A stretch of 63,811 nucleotides of DNA from Catajapyx aquilonaris (Eukaryota). Where the stretch lies: assembly GCA_000934665.2 (NCBI GenBank), contig KZ538531.1, positions 1 to 63,811 of the forward strand, written 5' to 3'. Position numbers and translations under genes: made by a program. The notes under the pieces were generated by a model. It was not told the origin of the DNA and ran no database searches. It saw nothing but the letters and a program-made list of their open reading frames with translations. The number at the start of each line of letters is the position of its first letter. Position 1 is the stretch's first letter. Shown here piece by piece: positions 52,692 to 63,811 of the stretch.

Positions 52692-54699
52692 CGTGCTCGT
52701 CTGTCCTTTCCCACAATCCTCTCCTAGAAGCGTGGTCCCAAATGTTCACCCGCAGCCACCTGCAAAGCAAACATGATCAGTACCATCCCACGTGCCGCAT
52801 ACGCCTCATACATTCCGGGCATGTCTGGAATGACAACCCGGGCTCAAAGGGCAACCTGTGAATGGGAAATTCCTGGCCTGCAAACAGCACTACTTGCTCG
52901 ACACAAGTGCGTCACTCCAGTGCTTCACACACAAATAACTCACCCAGTCATGCACGGACCGCCCCATGCGCTGGCTCCTGGGTGGAACTGCAGGGGTTTG
53001 CAACACGTGCTGATTGATTCGCACTACATTTCGCAGCAGAAACTCGATCAAAAGTTGCATGTGAGGGCGGCCATCTTTCATGACGTCATCTCGTGCCACA
53101 CATGCGTACCGTATCGTTTGCCATGCGCTACCGTATTCGACTTACTCCTCATAATTATAAATGCGCCTCTACACGCGTTTTCAAATTGAACAATTAGTGT
53201 CTTAATTAGGCAATTCAACTAAAAACGAATTTGTAGTGATACTGGTCCTTATAAAAGTGTATAGCTCGAGCTTCTAATCAACTTGGTTATTTGACAACGT
53301 ATATGAACGTACGGTAATGAAAATAACTTACTCACTTATTTTCTAAGCGAGAACCGGAGGCGGCGATCCAGTGCGTTTCACGTGGGACATAATCATTCTT
53401 GGCACACGCCTTATCCGGAAATTGTACAAAGCAGCTGAATGGCTAATCTCTTGTGCACAGTAATAGCAGCTAGGTCACCTCGCTCATTACTCATGACAAT
53501 GGTTGTTTATTTAGTGCGCGTACATCATATCGTCCTTCCGTTATGCGATCAGGTCTTTAAACGTTTCCTGTCAATGGTCGACAACCAACATCATTTATCG
53601 GAGCACGGGGCCATTAATCTGCCGTAATGTAATGATATTCTCAAACTACATTGTATGAATAAGTGGATAGAATGGTCAGTTATAACTTATAAGTAACTTG
53701 TTGTCAAAAAGTAGACCTACATATAATTATACAGTCCACAGTAATAAGGAATAGAAATATTAAACCCTTACATTATTTTAATTCTAATACTATAATCACC
53801 TGTTATTCTCACTCACAATGTATTAAACAACCACTCAACCAGCCATGGCTTAATTTGCAGTTTGTACAGTACGCAGTACTATACACACGTAGACCCAGAC
53901 CTGTGTTAAAATTAGCCTCCTTTCTAACGTCACTTGTCAGTCAAATATTTTATTAGCTGGAGCTCCTTGTAGCCGTAAGGTAATTTATTTCCCCCTGATT
54001 GTATACTTAATTGTTTACACTTCAGCTAACCAGAACAGAGTTAGGCTGAACACACTAATTGACTGAAGTAATTAGTATTTTCACCCTCCAATGCGCTTCT
54101 ATGATACGGTACATTATAACTTTCTACTTGTCCCACATGACCAACTATCTTTTCTGTATTATTTATGTGGCATGTCTATGTAAAGATCCGTTAGTGAAGT
54201 TTTGATCACTGTTAAAAAAAATTAAGGCCTTAACTTTTAAAAATTCTCCTTAGGAAAACTTACGCTAACTTGTCAAATGGCAAAAACAAGGTGTACAGTA
54301 ATCCATTCCCACATCAGTGACGTGCAAATTAAAATATTATACGGTTGGATCGCAGGTGATAACAGCCACAAGATCCTTTCCCATTCGATAAAAAAGCAAA
54401 ACAAGGCCAGGTAGCGTAACCTACATGAACACTTTAATAACGTGGTAGGAACTAAGTAGAAATTGAGTATATTAATTTTTCTGCTATTTATCCGTCGATT
54501 ATATAGTTTTAGCATCCATCTAACCATACATTGGTGACAAGTTATCTCGACCAGCACAGTGCGAATTAATTTAGTGCGGTTCCGAAAGGTGTAAAAATTG
54601 GCAATTTCTCACCTAAAAGAGAAACGCGTTTACTTTGTGACTGCTTCCCAGGATGGTCGTGAAGAACATCGCCAATCCTATTTACTGAAGCGTACACTT

Positions 54700-55170
54700 G
54701 CAGAAGAACCGTTATGCGACCACTTACAACATGCGCCTCTCTAGCATCTGTTCAATTGCCTCCAAGGCATTAGCTTCAATTGGATGTGCGGCTCTCACGA
54801 ATTATCGCATCCCCGTTATGTTATGTCAACAATCTGGCCAAGTACCAACATTAGCTCTTTTAACACAGATATAAAAAAAAGCTATACATGATGCGCAGCA
54901 TCCAGGTACACTTGAACTTAATGAACAACCTGAGCCGCATTGTGTACTTGGCAATGACCCTAATGAGAAGGCTGTCCAAAAACTTGTTTTGGAGGAATGG
55001 GCACGAGAGTGGGGCACAAAAGGCGATAGTGCCCATTACACTTTCTTCCACAAAATGTGCTTTTGCTGATGACGTACGATATGTTTCCCATCTCAGCTTT
55101 CACTGGCAAAAAAAGCACTTTTTCTGGAGTAGTAAGTGGACCGTCTTCATATCATTTACGACGTGAACTT
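54700..55170 (+). mobile_element. Possible highly degenerate non-LTR (R1-like) C-terminal remnant
   Basis: One stop-ridden frame gives LVLEEWAREWGTKG..YTFF and RLHIIYD, loosely resembling the WQxxW..TxxFF..HxxxxC region of R1-type elements. Confidence 0.3.
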
Positions 55171-58100
55171 GACTTTTCTGTTTGTAAACTTGCTGGTAAA
55201 GTCCATGAACTTGAACGTTTCTTCCGGCTGGTAGGTTCTCATTTTCATATGTGAGAATGTGTGAGTTTTTTTTTATTTCTAAGGGCATGTGCGTAATTAA
55301 TCTCTGCTGAACTATCAGACCAGATCATATACACACAGTTTGAAGTGCTGGCGGCATGAACGGAAGTAATTATTAGGGCCGGAACTACCTCCTTAGGTGT
55401 ATAATTATCACATTATGTCTTTATACACGTATGTGTCGTAAATTACTTTATAAATAAGCCGTGCATATTTTGCATTCTATCACAGTGTGTATACAGTAGG
55501 TGGTGCCTATTCGTGCGTTGAAGTCTCCTCACGTGATATTGACATTGATTGCAATGCTGGTCGTAAGGTTAAGGTGGCATCCTTGCCAACCGGATTTGCA
55601 AAATGCAGATGGTGTCGAACATGAGGGCATATAAAAAAAGGGAAGTCTCGGAGGTGTAACGAAGAGCAATGCTCCTTCGGGTGATGCACCTGTCGCCTTG
55701 ACACACTTGCTTGGCGCAAAGTGGAGGTGGAGGTGGTGGTGGTTGGAGAGTCAGCAGACAAGGAAGGAGGACGAGCCAAGCTCGAATCTTGATGCTGCTG
55801 CGACCTCTTCTTCTGGGTCGGCCCAGATTTAGATCCCAAGTCTGTACAGTCTCCGTTCACAAAGACAGTGAAACGCGTTTGTGGTGGTTGCTGGTTGCTG
55901 GGGGTCCGCTGGATCCAAGCGGGTGAGAGTCTCTCTTCCATTGGCCGGTGCCTCATGGAAAAGTGTCCGGAATCTCGCACAGCAAGGAGGGAAATGTGAA
56001 ACTTGGTCAGTTATACGCAGGAAGTGTTCCCTTCTACCTATTATTGAGATCGGCTCCCTGTTTTTATTGCGGGCTCGCGACTGCTGCGTTTGCTATTGGT
56101 GCCATTGGTCGACTGCCGACGCGACGATCAGGTAGGATCAGTCATTCTATTTACTATCGGTTTTCACTTTGAGCAAGACCAAATAATAAGTACAGCTAAT
56201 AGTTTTACGCTTTTTTCTTAGAAAATAGCCTACGTCTATTGCTCATTCTCAAAGATGAAACAATAATATTAATGAACACATATAATCCTCTTAGATATAT
56301 GTTGTAAAATAGCACTGACACGAATAATATGCAGTAACGAATCAGACATATTAGAATGGTCTTGCATTGCTTTTGTAATGATATCATCCTTCTGCGGTAT
56401 GAATTCCGCAACAGTCTGTGCGCAATCAAGGAAGATTTCTAAAACTGGTGCCTAATGAGACATAATTCTTAGGCCACTTCCGCCTTTTTAAAGAAAGGTA
56501 CTTTCAACAATTTGTTACCATTGCGATTGCACACTTTTGCAGCAATAATTTACAGGTAATATCAGAAATATGCTGGGCAATTTATGGCGGCAAAATAACA
56601 AATAAGTGTTACTATATGCAGTGAAGATATGTGTCAACATACAAAACAGAGTACAAAATAAATTTTGTAAATGCGAGGTGCAAAGTACATTATGCCTTAT
56701 GAAAATAACGTTCGTGTAGCGTGCGTTGTGCACTAGTGACTAAACAGACATCCGTTTTCTGAAACACATTTTTCCAACTTAAGATTGAAATTTAAGCAGT
56801 TGCATGCCAGCAGATAGTCTTCATGCAGGCCACTGTTGTAAAATATTATTCCTTGTTCACATATGATATTCACATTTACTACAAGCCTGACCAAGTAAAA
56901 ATGACGACGCATGACGCTAAACACGCCTCTCATATCATGTCAAAGCAATCGATAACAGAAGTTATGCTGCTTCATAAATAACAAAAGAACAGTATTACAA
57001 CTTTCCCTCGAGATACACCCGAATGGAAAATGCAACGCCCCAGTTGTAACCTGATTTACATCTTTCGGTATAGTAACGGTATGAAAAACCAAAGTGATTT
57101 TCTTTGAACCAACCAACCAACGGCTTAGAAGGGAGAGTAAAATTGCAATGTACTTGTAACATTGAAAAACGTCCCATGAAAAGAATACGCTTCAGGTCAT
57201 CACCCTACAAATGTGACAATTGGCTATTGATAGGCAACAGGATCTTTTTTTGCCTCATTAGTACGCGAGGTTAGTTTAAACGTCCCATAAAAATCATCCG
57301 CGTCGGTTTGTCAGGGAAAGTTGAAATGAAAAAGTTACCGACTGGTTCTCGCACACTGAGACGGTGAATAAGTACCCAGCAATTCAAGTTTCCTCGCTAC
57401 TGGCATGCGATCCAACTGGAAACTGCAGGAGCTTGCACCTTACTTGTACATTACACCTGAGACAGCCGGGACAATCAGCTCAGATCGCATACAGAGATAA
57501 GCTATTGCACCTGTCAACTACCGCCGGTTTGGCTCGGATAATAGTTTGCCAGTCTTTATGTAACGCCATTTATTAAGTGCAATTTAGAGGATCCTCTATC
57601 CTGCAATTTGCTTCGCTTTCGCCAAAGTTGCCACGCAATAAATGGTGTCGTTTTTTTATTAGAGCTGTAAAACGTGATGGGACTGACACGAACTCAAACA
57701 GCCGTACCGGTATAGCACTTCACGTGAAATGGAAACTTTCAATGGTATTGCCATTAATTGCTGCAATATCCTATTTTGTTAATTTATTAGTAGTGTACAT
57801 TCCTGTAAAATAATATATTATTTCTGATTGTTATATTTGCTTTTTGGCACAATAAATGCAATAAATTCTGCAGTGACATTATGCACGAACAGCTGACCTT
57901 GAAATAAATGTTACAGCACCTGATTGGGGCACCTTATTGTGTGTCAATCTGCAAGGTAGTCTATTGTATACCGGCATGTTTAGTAGGACTGGGTGAATTG
58001 CTCCGCAGGTACACAATAGCTGACAATTATGCCTGTCCTGGAACGGAATCAGAACTATGGAAGTGGCCCCTTTCGTCTACATCACAAGAACTGCAGGGAT

Positions 58101-59010
58101 TATTACCACGGATCAGCAGCTGTGGGACCCACTCTAGAAAAGAGGTGAGTTACTTCTTTTGAAATACGTAAAAAATTGCAAATCACACAAATTATTGGAT
58201 ATTCAGACCACCGGACCAGGTCACTAATGCCAAGTAATGACATGCAATGAAAGAGTTTTTTTTCCGCCTAAGCCTCCATGAAAAAAGACAGTAAGACCTG
58301 GATTCCTGGCTTCACCTAACATTTCCCCCCCACTTTTCATTCATTCCTCCCACTTTTATCGCCTCCATGCAGTGTGTATCATTTAGCACAGGCTACACGC
58401 TAGAATGGTTTTTCAAGACTATTCTAATTGGGTCTGTTGGAAGGAAACTTCGCAAGGAAAGGAAACGACACCGGTGAGAGGTGCACAAAAAAAATTTAGG
58501 TGTGGGGTGATCCTGAAAGGACCGGCACTTTCTATTTATCTACTTCGAGCCTGAGTTGCTAAGGTGCTTGCTTGACCATTGCACGACTTAGGGTCAGGTA
58601 ACGGGTTCAATTTCCTTCTTCGCTTGTCATCTGTTCGTTTACGATGCAAGAATGCGGCTTCTCAGTATCCGGATGTGACATGATGATTAATTGGCCAGGT
58701 TCTCATTCCTCTGATTAACATGTACGATAGCAAGTCGATTTAAGTGACATATGGCCGAAGTGAGACAACAACTCCAAACTGATAAGAGTTACATTGATAC
58801 ATTGTCCGGATTTCGCCTTGGAAATGGAGGTCTCTAGAGCTAAACTGGTGGCACGCGTTGACCCTAATTAAACTAAAATATTGCTTGCAATAAGTTGTGT
58901 CACTTTTTCAAATATTTTCTGCAGGTTATGTATAATGATTTTTTAAAGTTGTATGGCCAGATTGGTCCATCCTATATTGTTTCGGTGACGCTTCCGATTG
59001 TCCCTCGTTC

Positions 59011-59022
59011 TGCGCATGCGCA
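59011..59022. promoter_or_regulatory. NRF1/Erect-wing palindromic site
   Basis: Perfect TGCGCATGCGCA in a locally CpG-rich patch. Confidence 0.5.
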
Positions 59023-59399
59023 ATGGGGAGAGGCAGCGCCTCTGGTTGGTGTCACGATGTACTAGCTGACTAGACGAGGTTCCTGCTGTTAGAATCAAAA
59101 ATAGATCATCAGCACCGTTACTTTGAATTGCGATCAGTGGTTGTCATCAACACCACCATGAAACGAGTGTCTTATCCGCAGAGGACCTAATACATCAACC
59201 AAGGGGAAACAATTCTGGTCTATTTGCTTGCAAGTAGCTTGTTTTGCGTTTCAGGCGAGTGGAATCGAATGGTAGTCACGGTTAGAAAGAGGTGCAAGGC
59301 CAAGCGGAACTGTGCAGGCAGCACAGGTATACACACTACTCTTACTTTATACGTACAGTACTAAAGCACCGTACACTGCTTCCCCCCACCTCTCACCAC

Positions 59400-59720
59400 A
59401 CCTTTGGAATCGAGCCGGATAATGGTTGGATGGACATTATGGAGGGTTTTCATAGAGAGTCTGAGATCGTTTAGATGGGGTGGGAGGATAAGCCTGGCTT
59501 TTGGAGGCCACCACGTCTGATTCATTCTAGTCTCTCTTTGTGCTCCGATCGGATCCGCTGCTCTATCTGTACACGTATACTTCGACACATACTGAGTGTA
59601 GAAGGATTTAGGTGCTGTGCGATTGTTGGTTCCTCAATAACCAGGATATTGGATCGGGTCAATGCGAGATGGTCACAGGTAGGAACAAGACTTACATGTT
59701 TTATTTCTGACCTTTTTTGT
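59400..59720 (-). mobile_element. Possible Penelope-like GIY-YIG remnant
   Basis: KERLE*IRRGGLQKPGLSSH resembles KEHxRxIRxGxxxKSAxAEH; heavily decayed. Confidence 0.3.
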
Positions 59721-60785
59721 ACGATCAAATGTAACACTGGCCCACTTCCTATAATGCATGGGTGAACTTACTAAGTGGATTCAGTTTTTGATTTGTGTGG
59801 CTTACATATTAAAATGATTTTAAAAACCACATTGTTGAGAGTAGTACATGAGACACCGCAGAAGCTGCAAGAAATTGCGGCTCTGCTGATTGACTCTCGC
59901 GAGTCCTAAATACCTACTTTAAAACAACGCTAATGGCATAGATTGGTGATGGCTTCGACACTTCCTGACATATATCTCGCCTAGCAAATGGAAACTGGTC
60001 TTTAACTTCTTGTTTTATTGTTGATTTTGTAGAAAGTTATCGTTGGAGGTCAGAATATACCCAAAGTTCCCAGCAGAATAATTTAACTTCTGGCTAGCCA
60101 TAATGAAATTAAAACTTGGCGGGAGAAATGCTAACTCGTGTAAGTTCTTGCTTCGCATAATAAACACTCTGAAAAAATGTTCATGGAATATTTCACGAAG
60201 ACAAGCCATCTATATTTCTTTTTTTTTACAATTATGAGCCAATTTGGAACGAATAATAGTTTAATAATACAATGAACATAATACAATGCATTCAAAATGC
60301 CGCTGAAAAGGGTGAGTAACAGATCACTAAAATGAATGAAATTGAGAAAGGTAGTATCAAAAAGTCCAGTTTTAATAGAAAGATGAAGCAAAAAATTAGC
60401 TTCTCTTCAGCCGAAATATTTTAGAATGTAGGCTACCTAACTGTGCTCGGAAAATCCCTGCTCAGTCAAGTGCCAATCGAAATAGAAACGCGGTTTTATT
60501 GCCTTATTTTTAATTAAAAAAATTGTTTGGGTGAGAATTTATCTTTTCTTCTCTGTAGTGTAAAATATATTGTAATCGAGCTGCCATTAGGCCATGGAAC
60601 AGTTAGAAGATGATTAATGTGGCATGAAACCCACTTTTCAGTGAAACCACAGGTGTACCTTTCGCGTCAATTGTGGCAGGTGATAATATTTTTGAGAGTA
60701 TAGTTCTGGACAAATATTTCACTTTGATATAAAAAATTTAACACTATCATATTTGAATAAGCGGTAAGGAATGAAGAGTACTTAT

Positions 60786-60903
60786 CCTCCTGAGACCCCT
60801 AGTACACCTTTCAATCACCTTTGTTTTTTTTACGCGTTTGAGTTAGTCAGAAAGTGCTGGAAAAAACAAAGGTACAGTATACTGTACCAGGGGTCTCAGG
60901 AGG
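60786..60903. mobile_element. piggyBac-like MITE
   Basis: TIRs CCTCCTGAGACCCCT / AGGGGTCTCAGGAGG; TTAA on the right, TTAT (one mismatch) on the left. Confidence 0.7.
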
Positions 60904-62557
60904 TTAAAGATCATCGAAGGTAAAAAATCTCCAAACAGTACAAGAAAGTGGCGGATGAAGTTGGAAAAAATATTGTCTCGAAACCAAATGTAATTGTTTC
61001 TGGAAAAACTACGCCTACAATAGTGACTAATATTACAGGGTACCTCACTTTGTCACGAGAGTATAATATGCCATTAACTTTACGACAGCTGGCAGAACAG
61101 AAGCCAAGATTACAATATACAGTGTTTATGCATAGCATTGTTCTCTTCCTATATCCTATGCGCTATATGGTAATAGCCTCCTATATGAACCTATTGCAGA
61201 GTGCGCATGTAGCGGTATTACAGAGCCAGTGCCAGTCAACCGTAAAAATAGAAACTACTGTGCCACTAATGAGCGTGACCTTCGAAGACATATATCTGTA
61301 ATTAAAAGGTCAGCATAATGCTGCGGTATTGCTGTATCGCAGTATATCATATTACAAGTTATTATCGTACCGTACTACGGTACTGAAACGATGAAATGAA
61401 AGTACTACAGTGGATAATGCAAGGAAACTACATTTCTTGCCACTTGCACACGTGGGTTTAATTTTAAAATTTTGTAGTTATTTGGAATGGCAGCACAAGT
61501 TTAAATAACTGACATGTATCATTTTTATGCAGTTTTTGGTATCAGGTCATTTAAAAATTACGGACTATACCATTTTTAACATATTAATATCAATGACTCA
61601 AAAAATAAACTGACTAACGACACACAACTTTGTGGTAAAGACCATTACATTAAAAATATTAATGTTTATAGTAGCCTATTATTTTAAGCTATTAATCTCT
61701 GTGATTCTTAAGAACTGTAACAATAGTCCTTATTTTAGAAGTGAATTCATTTTTCTAAGACGAAATAAAATATTTTGTTCCCCCTCCCCTTCCCCCCCAA
61801 TCTGATTAGGTTAAGTCGACGATTCCCTCGCCCAGAGGCCTCCATCCCTCGATCACATAACTCCTATCCTAAATTCTCAATAAATTAAAGTAACGCATGT
61901 GTTCCCCTTTCAACAAACAGGTGGGGAGAATCTAGGTGGACACGAACGAGGATAAACATTTACCGAATTCGCCTCCCTTACTCCCTCCCCCCCTTCTACC
62001 CTTCACTTATACACGTGGGTGCACTTTGGTCTCCACCTCCAGCTCTCGTGGATTTTTTTTTTTTTTGTGCGTGAAACATTATACATATTAGGCATACCCG
62101 CAGTCATTCGGAAGTAATTAATCTGAACGTGCATACCGTGGACATGAAAGTTGTCAACTAAAAACTGCGTGAATATTCATATGTAGACTACAGTTGCAAC
62201 AATATTCTTCGTTTTGCACGCGGACTAGAAATCGGCGTAGGTTTTATCTCAAAGGGGGTTTTACCTTCCTTGATAGTCTCTCTCTGACTCAGGATTTGCG
62301 TGATGATACGAGCCATACCATTATGAGAGAATGGTACAGTACACCTTCTCATGCACTGTAGTGTACAGTACGTTCTTCACAAGATATATACGAGCTACGT
62401 TTTTGGTGCGCTATCAGACACACTCGACTCTTCCCAAAACAAGTTTCTGGANCCCCCCCCCCCCCCAAGTCTTACGCAACACGCCAACAAATCCCAGATG
62501 GGTGGCCACATCAGACCTCTTGTCAAAAATACGCGTTCATAACGGTAAATGCGGCTA

Positions 62558-62609
62558 AGTTACATCTCCATTTGCTTTTATTGCTATTAAAGCAAATAGA
62601 GATGTAACT
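62558..62609. repeat. Imperfect hairpin, about 23-bp stem
   Basis: AGTTACATCTCCATTTGCTTT...AAAGCAAATAGAGATGTAACT. Confidence 0.8.
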
Positions 62610-63490
62610 CACTTGTTATAGCGGTCCATGGACATAAGAACACACATTCACCAGTCATCCTGAATTATGATGACTATTTTCAGATTTATGCATGGAGAAT
62701 CCTTGCTTTTTGTTGCCTACATCGTTTACTTTATTAGGGCACCACCGACATTTAAACGCTCTCAAAATATTATACTACATTATACTTATATTGTAGTTTT
62801 TAAATCTCCCTATTGTTAATTTGTCATGAAAATACTTAATACACAGCATGCCATTCCTATTATTCACAAATATTATAGGGAAAAAATGCTCCTATCACAT
62901 TTTAAAATTATGGCATCAGGAAGGAACCTGACTGGATGGTAAAAAAAATGGACAGAAATCCGGCAAAGTCCGGTTGAGCTCTGTACTACACGTACGTAAG
63001 TACCGCATAACCCCATAATGCAACCCAGTAGTGGGAGGATGGGGCAGCACGAGGGCTAACCAGGTACATGTCTGAGATGACCGGCTTACAGGTCAGGTTT
63101 TACGGGGTCACTTGCTGGGATGGGGGGGTCAGGGGCGAAAAGAAGTCCACTGCATTATCCAACCAGCACTGAATTCTGGCCCCCTCATCTCTGCCTCTGA
63201 AATTCACGGCTGGTCTCAGTCGGCAAGAGCGTGTTCCACCAGCATGTTGCTTTATCCCGACATGGACCAACTCTTTTCGTCTGCACTTCCAAGGAAGCGT
63301 TGATAGTGGTCAAACGTGCTGACGGCCACTCTATACGTGACTCACATTGATTTGACTTTTTTTTTACTGTCGATTCTTGAATATTTTTTTTACACCTAAG
63401 AAGACTCAGTCGCCGAGTGTCAGTGAGCAAGTGTGGTGTGCTAGTTGTGCCGGCATGATGGGTGTCGCACGTGACAGGTACTATTAGAAG

Positions 63491-63811
63491 ATGGGGTGTG
63501 TCTTGAGCTCCTCCAGTGGAACGTGCTATTGCTGCGTCGAATCAACCGGGGAGGAATCATGGAACAAGTTTCCTTCCGGTGATAACCCTCAGTGTGAGCA
63601 ACCCAAAGGATGGGGCCTGGCTTCTCGAAACTACACTTGGTTCTACCGGGAGCCGAAGAAGAAGAAGAAGCGGGTACGCCAGCATCCCCAGCAGTTTCAT
63701 GATGGAATCTCGGTTGTCCCAAGTGGCGAGCCCCATCCGGAAGGGTTGTCCGGAAGAAGGTCGCCGTTGCATCCGATCTGTGGACCACCATTGCCTGCGA
63801 CTCCGAGTGGG
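63491..63811 (+). CDS. First coding exon of an unidentified gene with an MGCxxS N-terminus; open to the window end
   Basis: 107 codons without a stop: MGCVLSSSSGTCYCCVES...YREPKKKKKRVRQHP...RRSPLHPICGPPLPATPSG. Purine at -3 and G at +4; candidate acceptor (T-run...cctaag) ending at 63400. Confidence 0.6.
   Translation, partial: MGCVLSSSSGTCYCCVESTGEESWNKFPSGDNPQCEQPKGWGLASRNYTWFYREPKKKKKRVRQHPQQFHDGISVVPSGEPHPEGLSGRRSPLHPICGPPLPATPSG

Noticed and set aside
55507..55980. 157-aa minus-strand ORF in a GC-rich patch
   Set aside because: Low complexity, no domain and no convincing splice structure; it may be UTR or repeat sequence.

Overview
Eukaryotic, intron-containing genomic DNA, most likely from an arthropod (insect-like SLC5 and formin sequences, TCAGTC Inr, many ~60-100 bp introns). 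Exons were assembled by hand from GT/AG boundaries and reading phase. The genes are: (1) the first three coding exons of a formin-like FMNL/Frl gene on the minus strand, continuing past position 1; (2) head-to-head with it, a complete 6-exon ALDH9A1-type aldehyde dehydrogenase (515 aa); (3) a decayed pogo/Tc5-like transposase; (4) a complete alpha-tubulin (450 aa); (5) a minus-strand SLC5 sodium:solute symporter cluster made of two recent 13-exon duplicates (621 and 619 aa), a pseudogenic fragment between them, and an older 11-exon SMVT-like paralog (601 aa); (6) an MGCxxS-starting plus-strand ORF that runs off the right edge and is absent from the ORF track. Introns and spacers carry many MITEs (PIF/Harbinger-, hAT-, Tc1/mariner- and piggyBac-like), a tRNA-derived SINE, LINE remnants and several fold-back palindromes. 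I see no unambiguous novel system. The best leads are a SLC5 duplicate that seems to lack its own first exon and promoter, a hairpin made from SLC5 exon 4 inside the pseudogene, and the edge ORF.
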